A DNA stretch of 64,000 nucleotides from an uncultured Bacillales bacterium (GTDB lineage: Bacteria > Bacillota_I > Bacilli_A > RFN20 > CAG-826). Below, piece after piece: positions 47,595 to 57,533 of the stretch (the stretch's first letter is position 1; every line of letters begins with the position of its first letter). The stretch is from contig CAMUVS010000003.1 of NCBI GenBank assembly GCA_947164155.1, forward strand, positions 22,570 through 86,569, read 5' to 3'. Made by a program: the position numbers and the translations under genes. Under the pieces are notes generated by a model, which was not told where the DNA came from, made no database searches, and saw only the letters and a program-made list of their open reading frames with translations.

Positions 47595-48602
47595 CTATGC
47601 TGGTAAAACAGGGACATCAAACCATTGTCCGTACAAAGTAACGGTATAAGACATCATTGGTAAATCTGCAATGACGTCTTTATTCATATCCCATAAATTA
47701 TCTTTTGTATCGATGATTGGATGAGTAGACCAACCGATGAAATATGGGAAGGCAGGATCCATTGCTTGAGAATTATTCACAGTTGGAATTAAGGAATTGC
47801 CTTCAGCATCTTTTGCTTCGATTAATGGTCGATCATAATACCAATCAAATTTTGCTAATAATTTAGTTTTAGTAGTATCTTTTGGATCAGCGTTATTGTA
47901 ATCGATATAGAAATAGACTGTATATTCTTTATCGATTGGTTTTTCTTCCTCTATAACAACTATGTGACATTTAGCAGAACCATCTCCAGCAGTAACTAAA
48001 ACATCAGCTTTACCTTTGGCTTTTGCTTTAACTACACAAGCGGAAGTGGTAGATTGTGTAATTTCAATAACAGTAGTATTACCAGCATCAAAAGTTGCAT
48101 CTGCTAAAGGAGAAACAGTAGCGGTTAAGTTAAATTCTTCACCAACTGATAAAGTTCTACTAGAGGAAGATAAAGTAATTTTGGTTGTACCTGGCTCAGG
48201 AGTTGGTCCTGGACCTGGATCAGGAGTAACACTAGGAACATAAATTTCACAAGTTGCTAATTGATATCCTGCAATAAAAGAGATTTGTGTAGTGCCACTA
48301 CCAACAACTTCAACAAAGCAGTTATCAGTTTCATAATCTGGAGATATACGAGCAACACTAGTCTTGCTAGATGCCCATCGTTTTGAAACTTCAACTTCTT
48401 TATCGTCTCTAAATTTAATTTCACCAAATAAAACGAAGGAATCACCAATAGAGGCTGTCAAGTATTCTTCAGAAATAGAAACTGATTCCACCATCTTATT
48501 ATTATTAGATGTACTGCTTGAACCACCAGTTTCACCACAAGATGCTAATCCAAAGGTTAATAATGCCAGGGAAGATAATGCTAATTTAAAAATGTTTTTC
48601 AT
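47595..48602 (-). CDS. Surface lipoprotein with two Big_2 domains, PG-rich linker and a C-terminal beta domain (335 aa)
   Basis: Lipobox GLASCGE. Big_2-like segments (RWASSKTSVARISPD...GSGTTQISF; LTATVSPLADATF...AKGKADVLVTA). Linker PDPGPGPTPEPG. Confidence 0.65.
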   Translation of the reverse strand: MKNIFKLALSSLALLTFGLASCGETGGSSSTSNNNKMVESVSISEEYLTASIGDSFVLFGEIKFRDDKEVEVSKRWASSKTSVARISPDYETDNCFVEVVGSGTTQISFIAGYQLATCEIYVPSVTPDPGPGPTPEPGTTKITLSSSSRTLSVGEEFNLTATVSPLADATFDAGNTTVIEITQSTTSACVVKAKAKGKADVLVTAGDGSAKCHIVVIEEEKPIDKEYTVYFYIDYNNADPKDTTKTKLLAKFDWYYDRPLIEAKDAEGNSLIPTVNNSQAMDPAFPYFIGWSTHPIIDTKDNLWDMNKDVIADLPMMSYTVTLYGQWFDVPVLPA

Positions 48603-48620
48603 TGTTCTATCCTCCTAAAA

Positions 48621-51600
48621 TTAACCATTTAACTTATAGCAAATAAATCCATATTTTGGCATTGCTATATTATCTCCAGAACGAGAGATATTCATGTTAG
48701 AGAATACGATGTCTGCAACATTAATATTGCCCCAGGTAAAGGTTCCACCGCTTCTGCCAGCAAATAAGAAACCATATCCTTGGGTTGATGAGATTCTACA
48801 CCATCCAGCAACTACGCTAGATCCATCTCCATCGCCCCAGGCATTATAAATAGAATCATCATGTAATTCCCACATAGTGTGATAATCGACTCTAGTCATT
48901 GCGTCTCTGGCTTTAATCATATCTGACCAAGTCTTGTTATAACTTGATACATCTACGCCGTTAACTTCAATCTTACGGTCCCACTTAAAGGAATTCACGT
49001 AATCAGGAGCTTTATAAGAGTTATGAGAAATAATATCTCCATACATATCAACATCTTGAGTAGCAATTACCACGTTAGGATCTGAATCATAATGCTTATA
49101 TTGTGGATATGGTCTAACTGTCGCAGGAGATCCGTCCGCTTTTGGAGCACTTTGAACATTTTTATAATCATCTAAATCATAAGAATATGTTTTAGTTCTA
49201 TATAATTCTTCGCCTCCTTGCATAAAGGCCACACCATTAGACATCATCACCGCTCCGTGACATGCTAAAGTTGCTTCGATAGTTTCTTTAATAGTTGGAG
49301 CAACAGTTGCAGAGTGAGATGGGAGATTATGACCACTACCAAGGGTGTATCTTAATTGATCCCATAAAGTATAGTTATCATGACAACTCATGTAATTAAT
49401 AGTTTGTTCTGGGTTTGCTCCTGGGGCTCTATTATTTGCGCCTTTAAGCATGGAAACAACTGTTGAAGATTTGTTGCCAACATATTCAGAACCCATAGAA
49501 ATATAACCAAATTGAGGATATGGATTATTGTTATATCCATCATCATTTCTTCCTTTGGTCTCATCTCTACCATCATCATTAAAGCCGCCGACTTGTCCAT
49601 GAGAAGTATCAGAGGCATATAAATTAGCGTAAGCTTGTTGGCTAGATGCACCACCTTTAATTAAATCAAAGAAGCGAGTGTCACTGAAATATGGATAAAT
49701 ATCTTTTCCATCATCTGGAGAATATTTTGGATATGTACTTTGTCCGCCATAATCAAGAACTTCAAATTCAACACCAGAATCTTTATCTCTTAACAAAGCA
49801 CGACCGTGATATCCACCACTAGTCCAGCCTTCTCCATAAAGGACAATGTCTTTATCAACATTGTTATATAAATCTTGCTTGGCATCATCTAAGGTCCAAC
49901 AATCAATTAATCCCATTAAATCAAAACGGAATCCTTTGATCTTGTATTCTTCTGCCCACCAATGTAAGGAATCAACAACAAATTTAGAACCCATTTTGGC
50001 GTCAGTTTTAAATTCATTATTACATCCAGAACCATCGTAATATTCCCAGTTAGGTGTATAACGGAAATAATATTTAGGCATCATTTTGTTAAATGAGGAT
50101 TGAGAGGCACTACTAACGTGATTATAAACAACGTCCATAATGACTCTAGTGTGATTATCGTTATTAGCGAAAGCCATAACTAAATTTTTAAAATCTCTAA
50201 TTCTTTCTAAAGGATCGTAATCAACCCATTTACCATTATTATCATAGATAAATGATTCAGGAGAATATCCACCTTCAACACAGTTATAGTTAAGAGGATT
50301 ATAACCCCAGTTAAATTTCATCTTTTCTGGTCTTTCTTCATTATCTTGGTCAAAAACAGGTAAAATTTGTACAGCTTTAACACCTAATTCGTTAATGTGA
50401 TCAAAACCAGTAGTTACAGTTTTATTATTTTTGGTATAGGTTGTACCTTTTTCCACGAAGGCTTTATAAGAACCTCTAGTGTTATTTGCGTTACTAACCC
50501 AAGTTTCATCCATAGTTAAATCACGAATATGAATTTCATAAATTGATAAATCTTGCGGGGTTTCGATATCATATCCAGCCACTCCATCCCATACTGCAGG
50601 AACATTATTCCAGCCATCAGGATTAGCATCTACTCCATTTTTATCATAGACATAACCTCTAATGCCGTTAACCCCACAAGCTTTGACATATGGATCAACT
50701 GTTTCAATAGTGCCAGCACTATGAGTTAAAGTAAAGGTATAGTAGCTACCAGCCATATCACCTTCGATTGTGGTTTCCCAAATACCTCCAGATTGATAAG
50801 ACATCTTATAAATATCTTTATCATCGTTACCACCTAAAGATTTAGGAGTACCGGTATCATAAATATTAAGTAAGACATTAGCGCTAATTGGAGACCAAAT
50901 TCTAAATGTTGTTTTACTTGGAGTATAAATCATTCCAAGTTCCCCATTATATGTATAGAATTGATTAAATCTTTCTTGAGAATATAAATTTTCTGCACCA
51001 ACAATGCATTTTTGCCATCGATCAAATCCAGGGAATTTAGTTTCTACAACATATTGAATATTGATTTTAGCAGTAGCGTTAAAGACGATATCAAATTCAT
51101 TACCAGTAGGAACACCAGATTTGATTTGATAATAATCTTTATTTGATGCTTGTGCTGCTTCTGACATATTTAAATAATTCTTGTCATAAGCAAATAAACG
51201 ATATTCAGTTGGTACCCACTTTTTACCTTCAGCGTCAATTGTAGAAGTACAGTGAATAGTTTTAAAATCAGTGAATTTTGCTGATTTGACTTTTGGAAGT
51301 TCACTTTCAGCTTTAGTTTTATAAATTTCAACAGAGGTTCCTTCTCCAGGAATGGTCCATAATTCGAGAGTGCCGTTATTCTCGATAATTAAATCTTGAT
51401 ATAAAGCATAATCAATAATGGTATCTTCGGATTGTCCAGCCCAAGTACCAGCAACTTTAATAATGAAATATAACGCAGAAGTGTCTGCGTATTCAGGGAT
51501 AACAGAGAAATCTAACGTAATCTCCATATCCACAGCAGTCCATTCTCCGTTAGGTTTTCTTTCAGTACCATCAACTCCGGTAACCCAAGTGTAGAATCTA

Positions 51601-51866
51601 CGAGTATTACAAGCGTTATCATCATTATGGTAATGAAGAATAACTTTATTTGGTAACACTAATTCATCATCACCTTCCGCTGCTCTAACAGAACGGAATG
51701 GTTTGCCTTTGATATTAGTTAAATCATCGTCATCAGTTTTTTCTACTGGTGGATCATAATTTACGACTTCCTCATCTTTAGGAACATCGAAAGCACTACA
51801 GGCTGGTAAGACTAACGCTCCACCAGCAAGTAATACAGTAAATATTGATAATGCTTTATTTTTCAT
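48621..51866 (-). CDS. pulA: Type I pullulanase lipoprotein (GH13 with CBM48 and N-terminal pullulanase-associated domain)
   Basis: Lipobox LVLPACS. YNWGYNP, VIMDVVYNH, GFRFDLMG, YGEGW and YMSCHDN motifs. Confidence 0.88.
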   Translation of the reverse strand: MKNKALSIFTVLLAGGALVLPACSAFDVPKDEEVVNYDPPVEKTDDDDLTNIKGKPFRSVRAAEGDDELVLPNKVILHYHNDDNACNTRRFYTWVTGVDGTERKPNGEWTAVDMEITLDFSVIPEYADTSALYFIIKVAGTWAGQSEDTIIDYALYQDLIIENNGTLELWTIPGEGTSVEIYKTKAESELPKVKSAKFTDFKTIHCTSTIDAEGKKWVPTEYRLFAYDKNYLNMSEAAQASNKDYYQIKSGVPTGNEFDIVFNATAKINIQYVVETKFPGFDRWQKCIVGAENLYSQERFNQFYTYNGELGMIYTPSKTTFRIWSPISANVLLNIYDTGTPKSLGGNDDKDIYKMSYQSGGIWETTIEGDMAGSYYTFTLTHSAGTIETVDPYVKACGVNGIRGYVYDKNGVDANPDGWNNVPAVWDGVAGYDIETPQDLSIYEIHIRDLTMDETWVSNANNTRGSYKAFVEKGTTYTKNNKTVTTGFDHINELGVKAVQILPVFDQDNEERPEKMKFNWGYNPLNYNCVEGGYSPESFIYDNNGKWVDYDPLERIRDFKNLVMAFANNDNHTRVIMDVVYNHVSSASQSSFNKMMPKYYFRYTPNWEYYDGSGCNNEFKTDAKMGSKFVVDSLHWWAEEYKIKGFRFDLMGLIDCWTLDDAKQDLYNNVDKDIVLYGEGWTSGGYHGRALLRDKDSGVEFEVLDYGGQSTYPKYSPDDGKDIYPYFSDTRFFDLIKGGASSQQAYANLYASDTSHGQVGGFNDDGRDETKGRNDDGYNNNPYPQFGYISMGSEYVGNKSSTVVSMLKGANNRAPGANPEQTINYMSCHDNYTLWDQLRYTLGSGHNLPSHSATVAPTIKETIEATLACHGAVMMSNGVAFMQGGEELYRTKTYSYDLDDYKNVQSAPKADGSPATVRPYPQYKHYDSDPNVVIATQDVDMYGDIISHNSYKAPDYVNSFKWDRKIEVNGVDVSSYNKTWSDMIKARDAMTRVDYHTMWELHDDSIYNAWGDGDGSSVVAGWCRISSTQGYGFLFAGRSGGTFTWGNINVADIVFSNMNISRSGDNIAMPKYGFICYKLNG

Positions 51867-51896
51867 TGGACGACCTCCAAAAAATTAATTTGTTAA

Positions 51897-52736
51897 TTAG
51901 GCAAGTTGAATATAGAGCCTATCTTGTTGATACATGATTTGAATATAGAAATCACCTGTAAATGTTTGTTTAACAGTGTATTCTTTAGTGCCAATAGTGA
52001 GATACTCATCAACTTTTGGATTTTCTTCAGTGCCACCAAAGGAATAAGGATTAATATTAACAACCCATTTACCTAAAGTTGAAGGATCATAAAGTGAGAA
52101 TGTATCTCCAGTATTAAGAGTAACTCCTTGAACTAAATATTCATCATATCCTTCAAAGTTTTTACCCTTTGATTCTCCGATATAAGCGGTTCCATCTCCA
52201 GTAATAATACCGAATCCAGTTTGTACAGTTCCTCCACCAGATCCGCCTCCGGAACCTCCTCCAGAGCCTCCGCCACCAGTATTTCCACCGGCGTCAGTGC
52301 CATCAAAAATGGCTTTTAAGGCAACTCCAGCTTTAGCAGGAACTGTTGTGTAATAATCTGGCCAAACATGGTCATTATCTTCGTCATAATATGCCCAGCC
52401 TCTAAATGTCGAACCACTAACAGTAGTTTTTACAATAGTTGCATCTGGTAAGGCAGTGCCGCTATCACCTTTCCAAGTAATGGTGTTTTCGTAGAATAAT
52501 TCATCAACTGTACCTTTAACAGGTGCCCCATCGATTGATAAATAGCCAAATGGTCCAATCATTAAATAGGTAATGAAATCGGAGCTATTATCTCTAAAGC
52601 CAATAGCTGGTCTACCATTTAATTCTCCACGTTCGAAATGAGGTTCAGATGGCGCTAATTCTTGTCCGCCACTAGAACAACTTGCTAGAGCAATAAGAGG
52701 AAGTAAAGTAAATAAATATTTTGCTTTCATTTTCAT
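51897..52736 (-). CDS. Surface lipoprotein with (GGGS)n linker and a C-terminal Y-x-G/FK-type beta module (279 aa)
   Basis: The start was set to MKMKAKYLFTLLPLIALASCSSGG after AATAAGGAGGAT. The track's 52 extra residues overlap the amylase gene. Linker GGNTGGGGSGGGSGGGSGGG. C-terminal module ends ...GDTFSLYD...FTGDFYIQIMYQQDRLYIQL. Confidence 0.65.
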   Translation of the reverse strand: MKMKAKYLFTLLPLIALASCSSGGQELAPSEPHFERGELNGRPAIGFRDNSSDFITYLMIGPFGYLSIDGAPVKGTVDELFYENTITWKGDSGTALPDATIVKTTVSGSTFRGWAYYDEDNDHVWPDYYTTVPAKAGVALKAIFDGTDAGGNTGGGGSGGGSGGGSGGGTVQTGFGIITGDGTAYIGESKGKNFEGYDEYLVQGVTLNTGDTFSLYDPSTLGKWVVNINPYSFGGTEENPKVDEYLTIGTKEYTVKQTFTGDFYIQIMYQQDRLYIQLA

Positions 52737-52743
52737 ATCCTCC

Positions 52744-55700
52744 TTATTTTTGAACCACAACAAATCCATAAGCTGGAACTGTTGTATCAGTGCTACCATA
52801 AGAACCACCAATTTTTGGTCCTTGGTTATGAGCTTCAATTTCTTTGGACGTTGAGCTAGCGTTAATAAAGACGATAACACTTCTAGAGCCATCAGAAATC
52901 TTCATAGAAATAGTATTGGTGTCTCCACCCATTGTTCCAGTCCACTCTAAACTACCATAAGTTGGGAATCTAGAATCACCTTTAGCGTGACAGACTGCTT
53001 TAAAGAAGTTATACATTGAGTTAGGGTCTTGTTGTTGAGCGCTAACAATTGGAGTTTGTGAAGAAATAGAATCCCATAAGACATCAAGTCCGCCGAATCC
53101 ATATTCAACGACTCCGTCTTTGCCGTATTCAGTACCCCATCTCATTGGTTGACGATACCATCTATCAATATTGTTGCCGTGGTCATCAACATCTTGGATC
53201 TTATCGCTTAAGTTACCACATAAGCCAATTTCATCGCCGTAATAGATCCAGCTTAATCCTGGACTTAATAAGGTGACTGCCGCAAACCATTTAGCACGGT
53301 TTTTAGCAGCTTCCCAGTTAGAAGAATTAACTTCAGCGTGATGTACTGAAACATTAGTGGTTGCAGCGTGATTGAGTAATCTAGCAACGTCATGGTTAGA
53401 AGTAAAGGCACCGTTAATGGCCTTAGAACGATATTGAGCGTTATAGCCTAAAGTAGCGGTAATATCTCCACCCATTGCAGTAATTCCACCACCACTAATT
53501 GTGGATTCATGTAAATGATAATAAGTTGAGAAGTCAAATTGAGAATCAATCGCTTCATAGAATGGAGCAATACGAGCGTTCCATCCATCAAAGTTTTCAC
53601 CAACTAAGAAGCAATTTGGATAAGCCGCTTTAATAGTGCCGGCAAATTGTTTCCAGAACATGACGTTAAGGTCACGGTCATAAGTGTAATCGTTCATGAC
53701 TTTGATTTCTCTTCCTAGTTCTGGGTTATAGTAGGTACGATAACCAACGTCATAAGTGACATAATCACCAGAGTAGTTATAAGTTGGATCTAATTCAGAT
53801 AATAAGTAAATATGTTTAATCGCGTCTAATCTAAAGCCGTCTAGACCAAAGCTTAACCAATATTTACACATATCGGTCATGTAGTCTCTTGTAGCTTGGC
53901 AAGAATAATTGAGTTCGGCCATACCACTACCGAATTTGCCGTAATAGTAGTAATTAGAAGTTCCATCTCTATACCAGTCAGAAGAATCTTCAACATTCTT
54001 AGTGACAAATGTAGCAGGATTATCAGGACCATATGGTTTCTTTGGATCAGCTGCTTCCACTCCGTTCCATTCTAAAATCTTGTCACCTTTATATTTCCAG
54101 ACATACATATCACGGTAATTAATAGTCTTGCCGTTAATGATTTCGGTTTCTGCTCTTTGAGATTTCTTATATAAGACGTTACTCTTAGAGGTATGGTTAA
54201 TAACCATATCCATTAAGACTTTCATGCCCTTCGCGTGGGCTTTATATAATAATTCTTGGTAATCTTTTAAAGTTCCAAATCTTTGGTCAATCTTATAATA
54301 GTCAGTAACATCATATCCATGATAAGAATTACTTTCTTGAATTGGTGTTAACCATAAAACATCGATTCCAAGATCTTCTAAGTAATCTAATTTTGAGGTG
54401 ATACCTTTAATATCTCCATAACCATCGCCATTGCTATCGCAGAATGATGGAACAAAAATTTGATATCCAGTACCTGGACGATCATTTAAGAAGGAGGTTG
54501 AAGTACTTACTCCTGCTTTAAAGGCATCATATTTTAAGTTGGTAATATCATTTTTAGAACGATATTGTCCGGTTGTATCAGTAGCGGTTGGGTTAACAAT
54601 TGTTTGAGTTCCACTTGTAGTTTTAAAATCGCTTACAGCGCCTTCAACAGCATAGACATGTAAATATCCATCTTTACCAGAAGGCATAATTCTACCAATA
54701 CGTTTAATATAGCTTTCCGCACCACCATCAGATGTCCACATATCGCTACCATCCATTTTAGTTTGGTCAACGACTAAGAAGCCAATTGCTGCGGATAAAA
54801 ATAAGTCATGATATTCTTCAGTCCAAAGATAATCGCCAATTAATGGTGCAGGCTTACCGGTTCTACCACCGACAACTCCGCCAGGAATTAAAGATTGATC
54901 TAAGACTAAGTCCATAACTTGTCCAAATTGATCTGAATATGGTTCAGTACCTTCTCCACCACAATCAGCATTGGTCATCCAACCCCATGTTTGTGGAGTA
55001 ATACCTTTTTGGTCGTAATTATGGCTTGCACCCCATAAACTACCTTCGCCATCATCTGGATAGTTTGGCCAAGCCCAAATGGCCCATTTATCATAATCCG
55101 AATCTGTTTTTCTTAAATAATGGAAATATAAATGTCCTGGTTTACTCCAAGCGGCGATTTGTGCATCATAATCACTTTCTCCGCCACTAGCAGTAACGGT
55201 GACGTGACAAGTAACAGTACGAGTATCATCTTCACTAGTAACAGTTGCGGAAATATCAGCAGAACCAGCTTTAATGGCTTTAATTGTGCCGTTAGTAACT
55301 TCAACAACGCTTGGATTACTAGATCCCCAAGTAACTGTCGCACCAGCTGGACGATATGTCGCGGTTAATTTATCGCTAGTACCTTCGGTCAAAGTTAAAT
55401 TTTGTTTATCTAAGGAGATATAAATATCGCTAGCAGGATCAATTACTGTTACTGCACAAGAAGCAGTTTTAGTACCAACTTTTGCAATAATTGTCGCTAA
55501 TCCTTCAGAAATTGCTTTAACTTTTGCGCTTGTATTGTCTTTTGGTTCAACTGTAGCGACTAATTCATCTGAAGTAGTAAAACTAACAGGATTATTCGTT
55601 CCACTAACAGAGGCTGTAAGAATAAATTCTTCATTAATTGATAATTGTTTAGAAGTTGGAGAAAGAGCAAGAGTAATAGTTGGTTCTACATTACCTCCAC

Positions 55701-56025
55701 CAACAGTAACAGTACAAACAGCACTCTTACCACCATGGATTGCTAAAACATTGGCAGTACCTTTTGATAAGCCAGATATTGTAGCACTATTGCCTTGCGA
55801 AGAGACTTTAACTACTGTGGAATCACTATTAACCCAGTTAACAGTTTGTCCATCTGAACTTACTGCAGTAATAGTTTTAGATTCGCCAATCGCTAAGTCT
55901 AAAGATTCTTCAGAAACATCAACGTATTCCACTTCCGCTCCAGGGCCAATGTCAATTGTGTCTCCGCCACAGGCAGTGAGTGAAAGGATACTGATTATTA
56001 ATGGAATTAGTAATCTTTTTCGCAT
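52744..56025 (-). CDS. GH13 alpha-amylase-family lipoprotein with three N-terminal Big_2 domains (1093 aa)
   Basis: Lipobox LSLTACGG. Three Big_2 repeats. GH13 regions VLMDMVINHT (I), GFRLDAIKHI (II), LVGENFD (III) and FTSNHDVAR (IV). Exact specificity (amylase, neopullulanase or amylopullulanase) cannot be told from motifs. Confidence 0.85.
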   Translation of the reverse strand: MRKRLLIPLIISILSLTACGGDTIDIGPGAEVEYVDVSEESLDLAIGESKTITAVSSDGQTVNWVNSDSTVVKVSSQGNSATISGLSKGTANVLAIHGGKSAVCTVTVGGGNVEPTITLALSPTSKQLSINEEFILTASVSGTNNPVSFTTSDELVATVEPKDNTSAKVKAISEGLATIIAKVGTKTASCAVTVIDPASDIYISLDKQNLTLTEGTSDKLTATYRPAGATVTWGSSNPSVVEVTNGTIKAIKAGSADISATVTSEDDTRTVTCHVTVTASGGESDYDAQIAAWSKPGHLYFHYLRKTDSDYDKWAIWAWPNYPDDGEGSLWGASHNYDQKGITPQTWGWMTNADCGGEGTEPYSDQFGQVMDLVLDQSLIPGGVVGGRTGKPAPLIGDYLWTEEYHDLFLSAAIGFLVVDQTKMDGSDMWTSDGGAESYIKRIGRIMPSGKDGYLHVYAVEGAVSDFKTTSGTQTIVNPTATDTTGQYRSKNDITNLKYDAFKAGVSTSTSFLNDRPGTGYQIFVPSFCDSNGDGYGDIKGITSKLDYLEDLGIDVLWLTPIQESNSYHGYDVTDYYKIDQRFGTLKDYQELLYKAHAKGMKVLMDMVINHTSKSNVLYKKSQRAETEIINGKTINYRDMYVWKYKGDKILEWNGVEAADPKKPYGPDNPATFVTKNVEDSSDWYRDGTSNYYYYGKFGSGMAELNYSCQATRDYMTDMCKYWLSFGLDGFRLDAIKHIYLLSELDPTYNYSGDYVTYDVGYRTYYNPELGREIKVMNDYTYDRDLNVMFWKQFAGTIKAAYPNCFLVGENFDGWNARIAPFYEAIDSQFDFSTYYHLHESTISGGGITAMGGDITATLGYNAQYRSKAINGAFTSNHDVARLLNHAATTNVSVHHAEVNSSNWEAAKNRAKWFAAVTLLSPGLSWIYYGDEIGLCGNLSDKIQDVDDHGNNIDRWYRQPMRWGTEYGKDGVVEYGFGGLDVLWDSISSQTPIVSAQQQDPNSMYNFFKAVCHAKGDSRFPTYGSLEWTGTMGGDTNTISMKISDGSRSVIVFINASSTSKEIEAHNQGPKIGGSYGSTDTTVPAYGFVVVQK

Positions 56026-56050
56026 AATTTCTTTCTCCTTTTAATTGAAT

Positions 56051-56719
56051 TTAATCGTGGACAACAATGTCCGTTTTTCTTAATACGTTATCTTTATAAC
56101 CAACAACATGATTTTCAATAAGCATTCCTAATTTGTTTACTGAATAGGATTGTCCACATGTCACTGTAACTCCATCTCTAACGACATCAACTTCATATTC
56201 ATAGAGGTAGAGTTCGTTCTCTTGATCGATGGTGATGAACTCTTGAAGTACTGGAGCGACTTGTAAGATATAATCTCCGTAATACATTCCTTGAGTATGA
56301 TATTCACCTTCGATTTGAGTTTTTGTATAGAAGAAGTTTCTAATTAATCCACTACATTCATCTAATGAAGATTCTTTTAATTCTCCATTAGTGGATAAGT
56401 AGTATTTATCATCCATCACCACAAATTCTTCTTCTATTTTTTCTACTTCGATTTCATCAACATATTTTATGGTTGTCTTGCTATAAGACGGATGAGTGCC
56501 ATCTAGATAAGAGAATTCCATCTCGGTGACTTCTAGGTTTACTTTCCCATCTATATTTTCTTCAACCTCTTTGACATAGCCACCTTTTTTATAAGTGTCC
56601 ATGGCTTTTTTTAAAGAGAAATTAATTACGAATTCTTTTATATCAGTTCTAAGTTCTGGTTTTGTTGAGCAGCTACTTAAAGTGGCTAAAAGAATGACAG
56701 GGAAAATAAACTTTTTCAT
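56051..56719 (-). CDS. Lipoprotein of unknown function (222 aa)
   Basis: The preferred start is MKKFIFPVILLATLSSCST (ATG 56717-56719), 1 nt after the upstream stop. No recognisable catalytic motif. Confidence 0.6.
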   Translation of the reverse strand: MKKFIFPVILLATLSSCSTKPELRTDIKEFVINFSLKKAMDTYKKGGYVKEVEENIDGKVNLEVTEMEFSYLDGTHPSYSKTTIKYVDEIEVEKIEEEFVVMDDKYYLSTNGELKESSLDECSGLIRNFFYTKTQIEGEYHTQGMYYGDYILQVAPVLQEFITIDQENELYLYEYEVDVVRDGVTVTCGQSYSVNKLGMLIENHVVGYKDNVLRKTDIVVHD

Positions 56720-56720
56720 A

Positions 56721-57533
56721 TTATGGATTTGCTGGTCCAAATTCATAGGAATAAACAGCTTCTAATGCAACTTGATCAGCGCTTACCCTATCAGGATCAT
56801 AATCAATGGTGTACATGCTTTCTTTAGTTAACCAACCATCTTTGTTATATTCAAAGAAGATATTAACTTTTGCATTAACAGTATTGGAATAGCATGGAAG
56901 CGGATTATAGTCTTTCCACGGATATAATTCTGGATGAGCATTATAATCTGGATAATATGGATAGTTATCAATAGTTACATTCGTATGAACTTTATTACCG
57001 CTGAAGCGGATACCTCCATCAGGAAGAGCTTCCATAACCATATGCATGCTACTTGGATTAGCGTTAGCGGCTTGTCCAAGATATGAAGTAATTAAGTGTT
57101 CAATAATATAGTGAGCACAGGTGTTATTTTCACTAGTGGTATATTCACCAGTGGCCTTGTTTTTACCATAAGCAAAGAAGTTTTCGGAATTGATTCTTAA
57201 AGGAGCTCTTAACCAATAACTTCTTGAGGCCATCGCATAAATGATAATGTCAAAATCACTACTTCTAGGATCAACAGATTCGTTAAAGAAACCTTCATTA
57301 TATCGAGCATATGGAACAAAGCTATCAGTAGAAGGAGTCTGGTCGAATGTTGCATCAACCGGAGTGATTTCTCCATTAAAATCTAATTTTCCTATTACTT
57401 TATAATAAGGATACATAGTCTCAGTAGAAAAGTTAGAAACTATTTTCTTAGCATCATCCAAAGAAATAGAATCCTGGCCGCAGCTAGTAAGCAACATTGG
57501 AATTAGTAAAAATGGAACAAATGTTTTTCTCAT
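56721..57533 (-). CDS. Lipoprotein of unknown function (270 aa)
   Basis: MRKTFVPFLLIPMLLTSCGQ contains a lipobox. The start overlaps the malK-like stop. Aromatic-rich (YPYYPDYNAHPELYPWKDYNPLP). No family recognised. Confidence 0.6.
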   Translation of the reverse strand: MRKTFVPFLLIPMLLTSCGQDSISLDDAKKIVSNFSTETMYPYYKVIGKLDFNGEITPVDATFDQTPSTDSFVPYARYNEGFFNESVDPRSSDFDIIIYAMASRSYWLRAPLRINSENFFAYGKNKATGEYTTSENNTCAHYIIEHLITSYLGQAANANPSSMHMVMEALPDGGIRFSGNKVHTNVTIDNYPYYPDYNAHPELYPWKDYNPLPCYSNTVNAKVNIFFEYNKDGWLTKESMYTIDYDPDRVSADQVALEAVYSYEFGPANP

